From Pirellulales bacterium (GTDB lineage: Bacteria; Planctomycetota; Planctomycetia; Pirellulales; JAIMBC01): a DNA stretch of 64,000 bases. The stretch spans positions 13,263 to 77,262 of the forward strand of contig JAIMBC010000001.1 of the NCBI GenBank assembly GCA_023511675.1, given 5' to 3'. The position numbers were made by a program, and so were the translations under genes. The notes under the pieces were generated by a model that saw only the letters and a program-made list of their open reading frames with translations, had not been told where the DNA came from and ran no database searches. This document shows, in pieces, positions 7,601 to 17,305 of this stretch (position 1 is its first letter; each line of letters starts with the position of its first letter).

Positions 7601-10076
7601 GCCACATCACTCACGCGGGTTAAAAGATCCGAAGCAGCAGTCTAGCGAGCAGGGCTGGCTGTTTGAAGTCGCGCCTCCGCCGTGGGAAGGGGATGCCGCC
7701 GAGGAGCCGCTGGCAGAGGTCGTTTTCCCTTCCGGTCCCGAGGGAGAGTGGACCTACCTGGTGCCGGCACGCCTGGCCGGGCAGGTGGAACCGGGCCGCC
7801 GCGTGCTGGCCCCCATGGGACGCGGAGACCGCTTGCTGATCGGCTACTGCGTGCGGGTCGAATACGCCGTCCCTCGCGGCAAGCTGAAGAGCATCCGCCA
7901 GGTGCTGGATGAAGTGCCGCTGGTTCCCCCAAAGCTGCTTGCCCTGACGCGCTGGCTCGCCGACCGCTACCTCTGCCCCTGGGCCCAGGTGCTGGAAACC
8001 GTCGTGCCCTCAGCGGTGCGGCAGCATGCCGGCACGCGGTTGACCACGCTGTTGAGCGTCCCGCCGGACGTCTCCGCTCGCCTGAACGACCTCAAGCTGC
8101 CAGCCGCCCAGACCCGCGTGCTGCGCCTGTTGGCCCAGTGCCCCCAGCCGCTCACACCGCGCCAGCTCGCCTTCGAAGCCGGCTGCACCCAGGCCCCCAT
8201 CTCGCAACTCCGCCGCAAGGGGCTGATCCGGGCAGAGCATCGCCGCCTCAGCCGCTTCGAGGCCCAGGAGGTACCCGCCCCGTCCGACGCTCCCCACGCT
8301 CTCAATCAATACCAGCAGGCTGCCTTGGACCTCATCCGCCAGGCAATCCAACAGCGGCGGCACGAAGTGATCCTGTTGCACGGCATCACGGGCAGCGGCA
8401 AGACAGAAGTCTATATCCGCGCCATAGAAGAGGTGATCTCCTTCGGGCAGCAAGCCATCGTGCTGGTACCGGAGATCAGCCTTACGCCGCAGACGCGGCA
8501 GCGGTTTCGTGCCCGCTTCGGCCACGTGGCCGTGCTGCACAGCCACCTCAACGATGCGGAACGGCACTGGCAATGGAATCGCATTGCACGCGGAGAAGTG
8601 CATGTGGTCGTGGGCGCCCGCAGCGCCGTGTTCGCCCCCACGCCGCGATTGGGCATGATCGTGGTCGATGAAGAGCACGAAGGCTCCTTCAAGCAGGCCA
8701 CAGCACCCCGCTACCATGCCCGCGACGTGGCCCTGGCACGCGCCCAAAGCGAGCAGGTGCCCGTGGTGCTAGGCTCTGCTACGCCCTCCCTGGAGAGCTG
8801 GTATCGCGCTTTGCAGGGCGAGTACCGCCTGGCAGAGCTGCCCGCTCGCGTGCTGGACCGTCCACTGCCGGAGGTCCGCGTCGTCGACCAACGCACTCAG
8901 CTCGGCTCTGCCGCGCGGCACGGCCCCCTCTCGCGTCCCCTGGACGAAGCCATGCGGCAGGTGCTGCGCGAAGGGGGGCAGGTGATGCTGTTGCTGAACC
9001 GCCGCGGCTATGCGACGCACCTGCAATGTCCGTATTGTGCGCATGTAGTGCGCTGCCCAGCTTGCGATATTGCCCTGGTGCACCACCGCCAGCAACACGC
9101 GGCCCTGTGCCATTACTGCGAGCACACCCAGCCCCCTCCAGATGTGTGCCCCGAGTGCGGCAAACCCGGCATCCGCTACAGCGGCCTGGGCACGCAGCGG
9201 CTGGAGCACGAAGTCCAGACGCGGTTCCCGGAGTACCCGGTGCTGCGCATGGATCGCGATACGATGCAAGGCCCCGGCAGCCACGAAAGGGCCCTCGATG
9301 CCTTTCGTGCCGGGGACAAGCGCATTCTGCTGGGCACACAGATGATCGCCAAGGGACTCGATTTTCCGGATGTGACCCTGGTGGGCGTGGTCAATGCCGA
9401 CGTGGCCCTGCACCTGCCGGACTTCCGTGCCACGGAGCGGACCTTCCAGCTACTGGTGCAGGTAGCGGGCCGTACTGGGCGAGGCGATCGCGGCGGCTGC
9501 GTGCTGATCCAGACGCTGAATCCCGAGCATGTGGCCATACAGGCCGCTGTCCGCCACGACTACGAGCTGTTCGCCCGCCGCGAGCTGGCCAACCGCCGCG
9601 AGTTCAACTATCCTCCCTTCTCCAGCCAGATCCGCATGGTCATTCGCGGTCCGAGAGAGGCTGCCACGCGAGCCACAGCCGACGAGCTGGCTGGCCACAT
9701 CCGTGCGGCGCTGGGCATACCACCTGGATCCATGCAGCCGGGCCAACGGGCAGCGCCGCAGGCGGAGAAGCAAACCACCCCCGCGGGACAGGCTGCTACG
9801 CCGGCACCCGAAAATGGCCGTGAGGCCCAGCAGGGCCTGGCCGGCCCGTGTAGCCCCGAGGCCGCAGGTGGACCAGAACGTGAGGCTGCCACTCGGGTGC
9901 TTGGCCCGGCACCGGCCCCCTTGGCACGCTTGCGGGGGCTGTACCGATTTCACCTGCTGATACAGGGGCCACAGCTCGAGCCGCTTGCGGCCGCCGTCCG
10001 GCAAGCAACGGCCTCCGTGAGCACGCCCGAACACGTGCAGTGGATCGTGGACGTTGATCCGCTGGATATGCTCTAG
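7599..10076 (+). CDS. priA: Primosomal replication protein N' (PriA helicase)
   Basis: Walker A GITGSGKT, DEEH box VVDEEHE, and a Cys-rich zinc region CPYCAHVVRCPACD...CHYCEH...CPECG. The only canonical in-frame start is ATG 7599. It overlaps the nadD start inside a CATG. Confidence 0.9.
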   Translation: MPHHSRGLKDPKQQSSEQGWLFEVAPPPWEGDAAEEPLAEVVFPSGPEGEWTYLVPARLAGQVEPGRRVLAPMGRGDRLLIGYCVRVEYAVPRGKLKSIRQVLDEVPLVPPKLLALTRWLADRYLCPWAQVLETVVPSAVRQHAGTRLTTLLSVPPDVSARLNDLKLPAAQTRVLRLLAQCPQPLTPRQLAFEAGCTQAPISQLRRKGLIRAEHRRLSRFEAQEVPAPSDAPHALNQYQQAALDLIRQAIQQRRHEVILLHGITGSGKTEVYIRAIEEVISFGQQAIVLVPEISLTPQTRQRFRARFGHVAVLHSHLNDAERHWQWNRIARGEVHVVVGARSAVFAPTPRLGMIVVDEEHEGSFKQATAPRYHARDVALARAQSEQVPVVLGSATPSLESWYRALQGEYRLAELPARVLDRPLPEVRVVDQRTQLGSAARHGPLSRPLDEAMRQVLREGGQVMLLLNRRGYATHLQCPYCAHVVRCPACDIALVHHRQQHAALCHYCEHTQPPPDVCPECGKPGIRYSGLGTQRLEHEVQTRFPEYPVLRMDRDTMQGPGSHERALDAFRAGDKRILLGTQMIAKGLDFPDVTLVGVVNADVALHLPDFRATERTFQLLVQVAGRTGRGDRGGCVLIQTLNPEHVAIQAAVRHDYELFARRELANRREFNYPPFSSQIRMVIRGPREAATRATADELAGHIRAALGIPPGSMQPGQRAAPQAEKQTTPAGQAATPAPENGREAQQGLAGPCSPEAAGGPEREAATRVLGPAPAPLARLRGLYRFHLLIQGPQLEPLAAAVRQATASVSTPEHVQWIVDVDPLDML

Positions 10077-10265
10077 CCGTGCCAGCCGCACCTGGAGGTG
10101 CCGCCTGCCCGCAAGTCGCGGCCGCACATGCGGCAACAGAGCGTGCCCGTCCATTTTCTGTCAGTGGGCCTTCGGTCGCGGTATTGTGATCGCCGGCGGG
10201 GGATGCAACGCAGCGTGCGCGTCAACCTTCGGCTGGCACGCCCAGCAAACCGGCCCACCACGGCG

Positions 10266-10294
10266 TTGATTGTCTGGTGCCGATCTGATATATA
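10266..10294 (+). promoter_or_regulatory. Sigma70-like promoter candidate for the DUF1501 gene
   Basis: TTGATT (10266-10271), 17-nt spacer, then TATATA (10289-10294), in a locally AT-rich patch about 50 nt upstream of the start. A GGAGGAG Shine-Dalgarno at 10329-10335 follows. Confidence 0.35.
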
Positions 10295-10343
10295 AGTAGG
10301 TGTTGATAGGTCAGCAAGCGCCCCCACTGGAGGAGAGTTGGCG

Positions 10344-11744
10344 ATGCTAGCGCTTTGGGACCCGCGTCGTCGGATCGGGCGGCGAGAGTTCTTGAGAATT
10401 GGGGGGCTTGGCCTGGGCGCGGGACTGGCAGGCACCGGCCTTGCCGGCTTGAGTGCCTCGCACGGCTTCTCCGCCACCACTGGCCTGCCGGTCACGGGCA
10501 AATCGGTGGTGTTTCTGTTCATGCACGGCGGGCCCAGCCAGGTGGAGACGTTCGACCCCAAGATGACGGCCCCCGCCGAGATCCGCAGTGCAACAGGCGA
10601 GCTGGCCACGTCCATCCCGGGAGTCACCTTCGGCGCTTCGTTCCCCAGGTTGGCAGCGCTGGCACACAGGCTGGCCGTGGTGCGTTCCTTCGTCCCGGGC
10701 GACAGCAATCACGATCTCAAACCCATTGTCGGGCGGGACACGTACGGTGCAAACCTGGGTTCCCTGTTCGCACGCGTGGCCGGATCCAATCACCCCTTCA
10801 CCGGCATGCCCACCAATGCCGCCTTGTTTCCCCAGGCGGTCGATCCCAGCACCCAGCCCGCACAGACTGCTTTCGGCCGGTTCGATGCCACCGGCAGCTT
10901 GGGCAGCGGCACGGCCCCATTCGTGCCTGGTGCCGGCGGCAACCTGCAACAGGACATGGAGCTGCGCATCCCGGTTGAGCGGCTGGAAGAACGCCGCAGC
11001 CTGCTTGCCGAACTCGATCGCGTCCGCTTCGAGCTGGATGCGCCGGGCAAACTGGCAGGCTTGGACGATCTGCGCCGCCAAGCGTGGCAGACCATTCTCT
11101 CGGGCGTGGCGGGGGCGTTCGACCTCACCCAGGAGGATGCTGCCACCGTGGCCCGCTACGATACGGCCCCGCTGGTGCGTCCCGACCAGATCAGCCGGCG
11201 CTGGAACAACTACAACTACTATGTGGACAATGCCAAGACACTCGGCAAGCTGCTGCTGCTGGCGCGCCGGTTATGCGAAGCGGGGTGCGGCTTTGTCACC
11301 GTAACCACCAACTTTGTCTGGGACATGCACGCCGATCAAAACAACGCCGGCGTGGCGGAAGGCATGGCGTACATGGGCCCGCCGTTCGACCACGCCGTCT
11401 CTGCGTTCCTGGAAGATGTAGAGGCACGCGGTCTGGCGGACCGCATCCTGCTGGTTTGCTGTGGCGAGATCGGCCGCACGCCCCGGATCAATGCCATGGG
11501 CGGCCGCGATCATTGGGGCAATCTGGGCCCGCTGTTGCTCGCGGGCGGCGGTTGGCGGATGGGACAGGTAATCGGGCAATCGACCCGCGATGCCGGCGAT
11601 GCTCAGGCGGATCCCGTGTACATCAAGAACCTTGTGGCCACCATCCTGCACACGCTGTTCGACGTGGGACAGTTGCGCGTGGTCCGGGGGGTGCCCGAAG
11701 AGGTGCTGCGGGCGGCAAGTCAGGACGTGATCCCCGGCCTGTAG
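10344..11744 (+). CDS. DUF1501 domain protein (sulfatase-fold, Tat-signal)
   Basis: Twin-arginine N-terminus RRRIGRREFLRIGGLGLGAGLAG. FLFMHGGPSQVETFDPK and GRDHWG motifs are typical of DUF1501. ATG 10344 sits 8 nt after GGAGGAG. The track start at 10338 is a TTG. Confidence 0.85.
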   Translation: MLALWDPRRRIGRREFLRIGGLGLGAGLAGTGLAGLSASHGFSATTGLPVTGKSVVFLFMHGGPSQVETFDPKMTAPAEIRSATGELATSIPGVTFGASFPRLAALAHRLAVVRSFVPGDSNHDLKPIVGRDTYGANLGSLFARVAGSNHPFTGMPTNAALFPQAVDPSTQPAQTAFGRFDATGSLGSGTAPFVPGAGGNLQQDMELRIPVERLEERRSLLAELDRVRFELDAPGKLAGLDDLRRQAWQTILSGVAGAFDLTQEDAATVARYDTAPLVRPDQISRRWNNYNYYVDNAKTLGKLLLLARRLCEAGCGFVTVTTNFVWDMHADQNNAGVAEGMAYMGPPFDHAVSAFLEDVEARGLADRILLVCCGEIGRTPRINAMGGRDHWGNLGPLLLAGGGWRMGQVIGQSTRDAGDAQADPVYIKNLVATILHTLFDVGQLRVVRGVPEEVLRAASQDVIPGL

Positions 11745-11873
11745 GCGCGGGCAGGTTTCTCAGCCGCTACAGCGCTCGTCTTAACTTTGCATGCGGGCGT
11801 GTGTGGCAAGGGACGAGGGGGGAACGCGCTGGCCGCTCGGCCAACGTCAATGCAGCCCCGCTGACCGGCCGTC

Positions 11874-12995
11874 TCAAATCGCGTCCGTACGGCCTTTGAG
11901 CGGTTGAGAGAAGCTGAGAAGGCCATCGAGGTTGGCCAGTTCTCTCTGGTAAAAGTCATTGCCGTTGCGGAGGTCGAAACGCAGGGCCAGGCGTTCGGCC
12001 TGCTGGGTAAACCAGCTTTGCAGCTCCGCTACGTGGTACTTGCCTGCCGTATCCGGGGGAGGAATGCCATCTGGGATGCGCAGCTTGAACTGGTGCGTGC
12101 CCGCCTCGCGGAGGCGGCGCAGCCAAAGGCAGGCAGCCACATAGAATGCGTACCTGTCCAGTTCCAGCGGGGCGGCGAGGGCACACGGCAGGTGGCGCTG
12201 GAAGATGCGGCGGGCCAGGTCGAGGTCTCCCGCCAACGCGGCGAACTTGAGTTGCTGCGCATGTTGCTCAAGGAACTGCTGCTTGCCGGCCACCAGCCGG
12301 TAGCCGCGAGCCTGATAGTGCCATGCCTCAGAGAGCCGGCCAAGCTTGAGCAGGGGCAAGAGAACCCGGTGCAGCGCGACATGGGGTTCTTCAACACAAC
12401 GTAAGCGGCCTTGCAACACGGGTGCCGCGGCTTCGACCGCCTTTTTGGGCTGGTTGCAAAACGCATAATAGCCAGCCTCTTCGCTGGCCTGGCAGGCAGG
12501 ACAGTCGCTCAGCTCGTCGCGCGCGCGGCGCTTGACCTGCCGGTGCATCTGCTGGGCCAGCTTGCGTTCTCCCATGCACTGGGCCACGCGGCGGCGGCAG
12601 GTGTACACGGCGTGCAGCGTCGAACCGCAGGCGCGGTAGCGGCACGCCATGTCTTCCAGCAGGGCTTCAATCTGTGCGCGACTGATCTCCGCAAACCCGA
12701 CCACATTCGTTACGATCCACTTGTACTGCCAGAGCACGTCGTGACCGTCGAACTTGGCGGGGTTGGCATCGTAACACGCCAATCGCCAGGCGAAATGCGT
12801 CAGCATTAGATCCGCCCGCCCGGAGAACGATGCTGCCGCAATGAGTTCTCCACGCAGGTCGTAGCCCAGTTCACGATCGTTGAGCGTGTCCGCCAGCGAC
12901 ACCGCCTGTTCGAGCAACGCTACCTTGGTGGGCGAGTAGGGCAGGCAGTCGGCCTGCCACCGCAAACCGTAGATCTTGTCCCGTAGATCTCTCAC
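11874..12995 (-). CDS. Uncharacterized helical (TPR-like?) Cys-bearing protein, translationally coupled to the HSP90 paralog
   Basis: GTG at 12995 overlaps the upstream TGA (GTGA) and has GGAG 5 nt upstream. The alternative ATG 13025 lacks a Shine-Dalgarno. About 373 aa, predicted all-helical, with Cys clusters (CRYRACG, CRRRVAQC, DCPACQ). I recognise no family. Confidence 0.7.
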   Translation of the reverse strand: MRDLRDKIYGLRWQADCLPYSPTKVALLEQAVSLADTLNDRELGYDLRGELIAAASFSGRADLMLTHFAWRLACYDANPAKFDGHDVLWQYKWIVTNVVGFAEISRAQIEALLEDMACRYRACGSTLHAVYTCRRRVAQCMGERKLAQQMHRQVKRRARDELSDCPACQASEEAGYYAFCNQPKKAVEAAAPVLQGRLRCVEEPHVALHRVLLPLLKLGRLSEAWHYQARGYRLVAGKQQFLEQHAQQLKFAALAGDLDLARRIFQRHLPCALAAPLELDRYAFYVAACLWLRRLREAGTHQFKLRIPDGIPPPDTAGKYHVAELQSWFTQQAERLALRFDLRNGNDFYQRELANLDGLLSFSQPLKGRTDAI

Positions 12996-14800
12996 CGCTT
13001 CTCCGATATCTGGCGCGTGCCCCATTCCATCAAACCCACCAAGCCGTCGCTGAGCAACGCCAGTTCTGCGGTCGAGAGAGGCTGGCGGGCATGTAGCAGT
13101 GCCTGCACGTAGAGCACTTCCAGACAGTGACGGCGCCCCGCCGAGTCGGACATGTGTGCCAGCCTTTGCACCAGCGGATTGCGCAGGTTTAGACACACCC
13201 GCGCCGAAGCACCTTCGTGCCGGCTGGCAATGCTGCCCAGCACGCCGGCGAACAACGGATCGGCCACCTCACGTGCCTGTTCCAGCGAGCGCAAGAAGCG
13301 GGCCTCGCTTCCGGCCAGGTACAGACACGGCACCTCGGCAGGCAGGAACTTGCGCACCTCTGCCATACAGCGAAAGCGCCGCAGCACTTGCTCCGCCGCG
13401 GCGAGCAGATCTTGCAGCCGTAGCTGCTCCTCCGCGTCGAGTTCTTGCAAATCGTGGACCAGTTCTGCGGGTTCGACCAGCTCGACCTGCACGTCGTGGA
13501 AAACATGGGGCAGTTGTGCGATCAGTTCTGCGTCGTACACATATCCGGCATTTACCAGCAAGATCCCCTGGGCAGAGGCCACTCCCAACATCTGCTCGTA
13601 CTGGGCCACGTCGTCCACGTAGCGAATCGTCCCGCCGCGTCGCCGCAATTCGCCGCCGGTCATCCGCCCTTGCGAGGTGTCGAAGGGGAGCCAGTCGATA
13701 AACGTCCGATAGCACTCCTCGTCCTCGGCTGCCAGGGCCTTCAGTGCCAGGCAGTGTACAGACAGAAAATGCTCGAACCGCTTGCTTTCCCGTTCGGCCA
13801 GCCGCAGCAGGTACTTCCGCAGGCAGCTACCCAGCTCGTCACGCGCCGCGGCCAGCCGCTCGTCTTCATAGAACGACTCGCGCGAGGCAGTAGGGCGCAG
13901 CTCGCGGGCGTTCACCACAGCCTTCACGAAGAATGCCCAATCCGGCAACAGGTTATCTGCCGCCTCACTCAGCAGCATGTCCTTGAGATACACGCGATGG
14001 CTGCGGCGGGCGGCCAGATTGGCCGGCTCTGGCAGCACAAAGGCCACGCCATCGATGCCGCCGGCCTCCGCACGCAACACAATGGCATCGAGAAAGTCCA
14101 TACTCAGCACCCGCCTGCCGTAACGCAGCAGGGCCCGCCGCTGCTCCATCTCGCTACCATATTTCTGCCGCCAGGGCGGCTGCTCCTCATTGACCTGAAG
14201 CGTGCCTCTGCGTGATATCACCCGGATGGGATGCGGCAATAACCCGCCATAATGCGCAGCAAGTTCCGCCACCCTCTCCGTATCGAACAACTCCTCTGCA
14301 CCTGCCCGGCAGGTCACATACACCTGCGTGCCAGGGGCTAGATCGCCGCTCAGCGAACGCACCGTATACGTTCCATCGGCATGGCCGCGCCACTCGACCG
14401 CCGGCCCGCCGTGCAGGGAACGGCTGACCATCACGATCTCATCGCTCACCACGAAACTAGACAACAGCCCGATGCCAAACTGTCCAAGAAACTCAAGGCT
14501 CGGCTTGCCGGCGGCGTCGCGCTTCGAGGTGGCGCCAATCGTGGCCACAAAGCGGTGCAGTTCCTCTTCCCTCAGGCCCACGCCATTATCGCTGACCATC
14601 AAGGTGGGCGGCTTGCCTCGCGCCGCCGTAACCTCAATCTGGATCTCACCGCGAAAACCGGGTTCCTGCTGCTGACGAGCTGTGATCGCGTCTGCCGCAT
14701 TTTGCAGCAACTCCCGCAAGAAGACCTCGCGCCGACCATAAAGATGGTTCGACAGCAGCTCGATCATCCCCCGCAGATTGACCTGAAAGTGATGCGCCAC
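12992..14800 (-). CDS. HSP90-family protein (divergent HtpG paralog, GHKL ATPase)
   Basis: GHKL motifs ELLQNAADA, SDNGVGL and GQFGIGLLSSF at the N-terminus, followed by full-length middle and C-terminal regions. 602 aa with a GTG start. Divergent from canonical HtpG. Confidence 0.9.
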   Translation of the reverse strand: MAHHFQVNLRGMIELLSNHLYGRREVFLRELLQNAADAITARQQQEPGFRGEIQIEVTAARGKPPTLMVSDNGVGLREEELHRFVATIGATSKRDAAGKPSLEFLGQFGIGLLSSFVVSDEIVMVSRSLHGGPAVEWRGHADGTYTVRSLSGDLAPGTQVYVTCRAGAEELFDTERVAELAAHYGGLLPHPIRVISRRGTLQVNEEQPPWRQKYGSEMEQRRALLRYGRRVLSMDFLDAIVLRAEAGGIDGVAFVLPEPANLAARRSHRVYLKDMLLSEAADNLLPDWAFFVKAVVNARELRPTASRESFYEDERLAAARDELGSCLRKYLLRLAERESKRFEHFLSVHCLALKALAAEDEECYRTFIDWLPFDTSQGRMTGGELRRRGGTIRYVDDVAQYEQMLGVASAQGILLVNAGYVYDAELIAQLPHVFHDVQVELVEPAELVHDLQELDAEEQLRLQDLLAAAEQVLRRFRCMAEVRKFLPAEVPCLYLAGSEARFLRSLEQAREVADPLFAGVLGSIASRHEGASARVCLNLRNPLVQRLAHMSDSAGRRHCLEVLYVQALLHARQPLSTAELALLSDGLVGLMEWGTRQISEKR

Positions 14801-15079
14801 AGACCATGCTCCCCGCCGCCCGGCTCTGGAGTTTCTACATCCCGCCCATCACGCAGCTTCCACTATACGGCCTGCATGCCAGATGTAAAACCCATTCGCC
14901 GTCACGCGCGGGCAACGCACAGGCACACAGCATGGCCCCTCACGTGGCGGGCAGCCACCCTTACTCTCCCTATCGCCTGGGCGGAGATATTTACCCGGCT
15001 TGCCGGGAATGCGGCCGTCTCTGGCCGCCTGCTGGGAACGGCCGGCGAGGCACCAGCCCGCCAGGGGGCAGGTTGCGCT

Positions 15080-16390
15080 TTACTCAGAAGGAGGGCAGGG
15101 ATGCCCGCCCCCCGTGGCATGGCGCAGGCGGGCAAACTCGCGGTAGCGCTGGAGGGCTGTCTGCCGGGCCTCGTCGTCCGCAAAACCGAGCGTGGCCGTG
15201 TTGAAATACGTCAGGGCGTTTGCCTGCGCACGCTCGAAGCCGTATGCCCTCAGATCCTGGCCCGTAAGCCGTACCAGCACCGCCAAGGCCACGTCGCGCA
15301 CCTGAGTCTGGATCTCCTGGTCGTTCAGCTTGAAGCTGGCACAGGCAGCCGTGTCTTCGAGCAGCGGTTCGATCTGTTCGATGTAGGCGGCCCCGCCCAG
15401 CTTGGCCACGCACAGGATGCCGTACTGGCGAATGTGGGGCGGCGTGGCGGGAGACTGCATCACGGCCAGGGCGGCCGGAATGCCCTCGGTCAGTTCATAG
15501 CGCAGAGACAGGACAATGTTCTGGTAGGTCACGGTGGAGTCGGCATCGAAGGGTCGAGCGACCCACGCGCCCAGCAGGCGGCGGACCACGTCGGTCTGGC
15601 CGGCATCGCGCATGGCCTCTTGCAGCTCTTTCTGATAGGTAAAACCGGCAATGGTGGTGGCGGTTTCGGCCGAGATGGGAACGTCCTCGCGGGACCCCAC
15701 CAGGAGCAGGGCAAGCACGCTGCCGGCCCCGGGGGGGCGGCGCTGGGTCGGATCGAAGTGTTGCATCGACTGTTGCCACTGCTGGCAGCGCGATTCGATC
15801 GCCTCTGCAACCGCTGCGGCAGAGTTCTCAGCCCCTTGCAATAGCCAGCGTTCTGCGCGGAGCATCTCCACAAACAGGCGCCGGCTGGCGGCGTTGTTGC
15901 CTGCCAGGGCCCGGTAGCGCTCCCAGCAGGGAAGGTCGTGCTGCAAACAGCCCTCCACATCAGCGCTGAAGGCCTCCAGCCTGGCCTCAAAGTCGAGGTC
16001 CATGATGTGCGCCAGGATCTGCCGCGCACGCCGGCGCACCTCCGCATCGGGGCTGGCAAGCGCTTGCTCCAATGGCTGGCGTGCGGGCAGACCGATCTCC
16101 GCCAGCCGCGCTGTGGCACGTTCCCGCACCCGGTAGCGGCTGTCTCCAAGCTGGCTGATCAACCGCTCGATCTCACCTGCCGGACCAGCCGCTCTGGCAG
16201 GCATTGCCTGTGCCGCCAGAAGCATACACCATCCCGCACAGACCAGGCCACGCACCCAAGAACTGCGTCCACGTTGTGCCACGGTTAACAGGAGATAGCC
16301 TTGCCTCACGGCAGGTCGCCTCCAGGATGTGCTCACTTCAGGACCGGTGTACCGTCGCGGTGCGCGCCGCGGTGATCGAAACACGTCCAC
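15080..16390 (-). CDS. Hypothetical secreted protein with HEAT/armadillo-like helical repeats
   Basis: Signal-like segment VRGLVCAGWCMLLAAQAMPARAAG, then repeats of the type SRYRVRERATARLAEIG / DAEVRRRARQIL. The start is uncertain: GTG 16390 as tracked, or internal GTG 16255. Confidence 0.6.
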   Translation of the reverse strand: MDVFRSPRRAPRRYTGPEVSTSWRRPAVRQGYLLLTVAQRGRSSWVRGLVCAGWCMLLAAQAMPARAAGPAGEIERLISQLGDSRYRVRERATARLAEIGLPARQPLEQALASPDAEVRRRARQILAHIMDLDFEARLEAFSADVEGCLQHDLPCWERYRALAGNNAASRRLFVEMLRAERWLLQGAENSAAAVAEAIESRCQQWQQSMQHFDPTQRRPPGAGSVLALLLVGSREDVPISAETATTIAGFTYQKELQEAMRDAGQTDVVRRLLGAWVARPFDADSTVTYQNIVLSLRYELTEGIPAALAVMQSPATPPHIRQYGILCVAKLGGAAYIEQIEPLLEDTAACASFKLNDQEIQTQVRDVALAVLVRLTGQDLRAYGFERAQANALTYFNTATLGFADDEARQTALQRYREFARLRHATGGGHPCPPSE

Positions 16391-16837
16391 GCGCCCGCCA
16401 CCAAGGCCAGTCCGGGTCAGTCACACGGCCATTCTAGGCCAGTCCCCCAAGCGGCGTCCAGCCGCCGACATGCTCTTTGCCATCGCCGCACCCATCGCGC
16501 GTGGCACGCAATTCCACGGAGCTATCTGGCTGGCAAACCGCCGCAAATCGGCAACGGCTGCACGCGGCCGAGCGGCGGACGCCGTAACGGGATCGGACGG
16601 TCGCAAGGCCCCCGGCACCTTTTCACGTTCTCCGTGCCCACTCGCCCAGACGGCTGTACCGCGTGGCCAAAAGCCGCGGCTCGCCACGCTCCCACCGCAC
16701 GCCTGCGGCACTGGCTGCGGAGCGCTGCTCATACGATGGACATGCCTTTCCGACACGTCTACGGGGCAACGCCAACACGCTTTGACGGAGAAGCATCTCG
16801 ATCCCCCGCGCCAAGCGCTGCCGGACAGGATGAGCGC

Positions 16838-17305
16838 TTACACGCCCAGGGCCTTGCGCTTCTCAGCAATGAAGGCAATGTGGTGCGGGATGTGTTCCGT
16901 CACGGAACGCAGCAGTTGTTCGAGTGTGAGAGGGCCGCGCTGGTTGTGACGGCAGCGGCGGGCGAAATCCTCTTCGGGGATGGCGCGCAGAATCCTTGCT
17001 ACATGGCGGCGTACAGCCTCGATGAGGGCGAGTTCTTCTTCCAGGTCGCGCTGGTGATAGGCCAGACGTGCGGCGAAGCCATCTGGATCGCCGCCGAAGA
17101 CGGTGGGTTCGTCCTCGGCGAGGGTCCGCTTGATGCGATCCGCATAGATCGGCTCGAAGTCGGCGATGTGGCAGACCACCTCCAGGGTGGACCACTTGCC
17201 GGGGATGGGGCGTGCCAGAAGCTGCTCGCGCGTCATACCCTGCACGGCGGCGCGCAGCGCGGATGCGCCAGCCACATAGTCATCAATGAGTTGTGCACAT
17301 GCCAC
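16838..17305 (-). CDS. DinB-family (DinB_2-like) four-helix-bundle metalloprotein
   Basis: GKWSTLEVVCHIADFE ... VTEHIPHHIAF histidine pattern. GTG 17305 has GGAG 8 nt upstream and overlaps the upstream gene by 23 nt. The upstream part of the track ORF lies inside the previous gene. Confidence 0.7.
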   Translation of the reverse strand: MACAQLIDDYVAGASALRAAVQGMTREQLLARPIPGKWSTLEVVCHIADFEPIYADRIKRTLAEDEPTVFGGDPDGFAARLAYHQRDLEEELALIEAVRRHVARILRAIPEEDFARRCRHNQRGPLTLEQLLRSVTEHIPHHIAFIAEKRKALGV

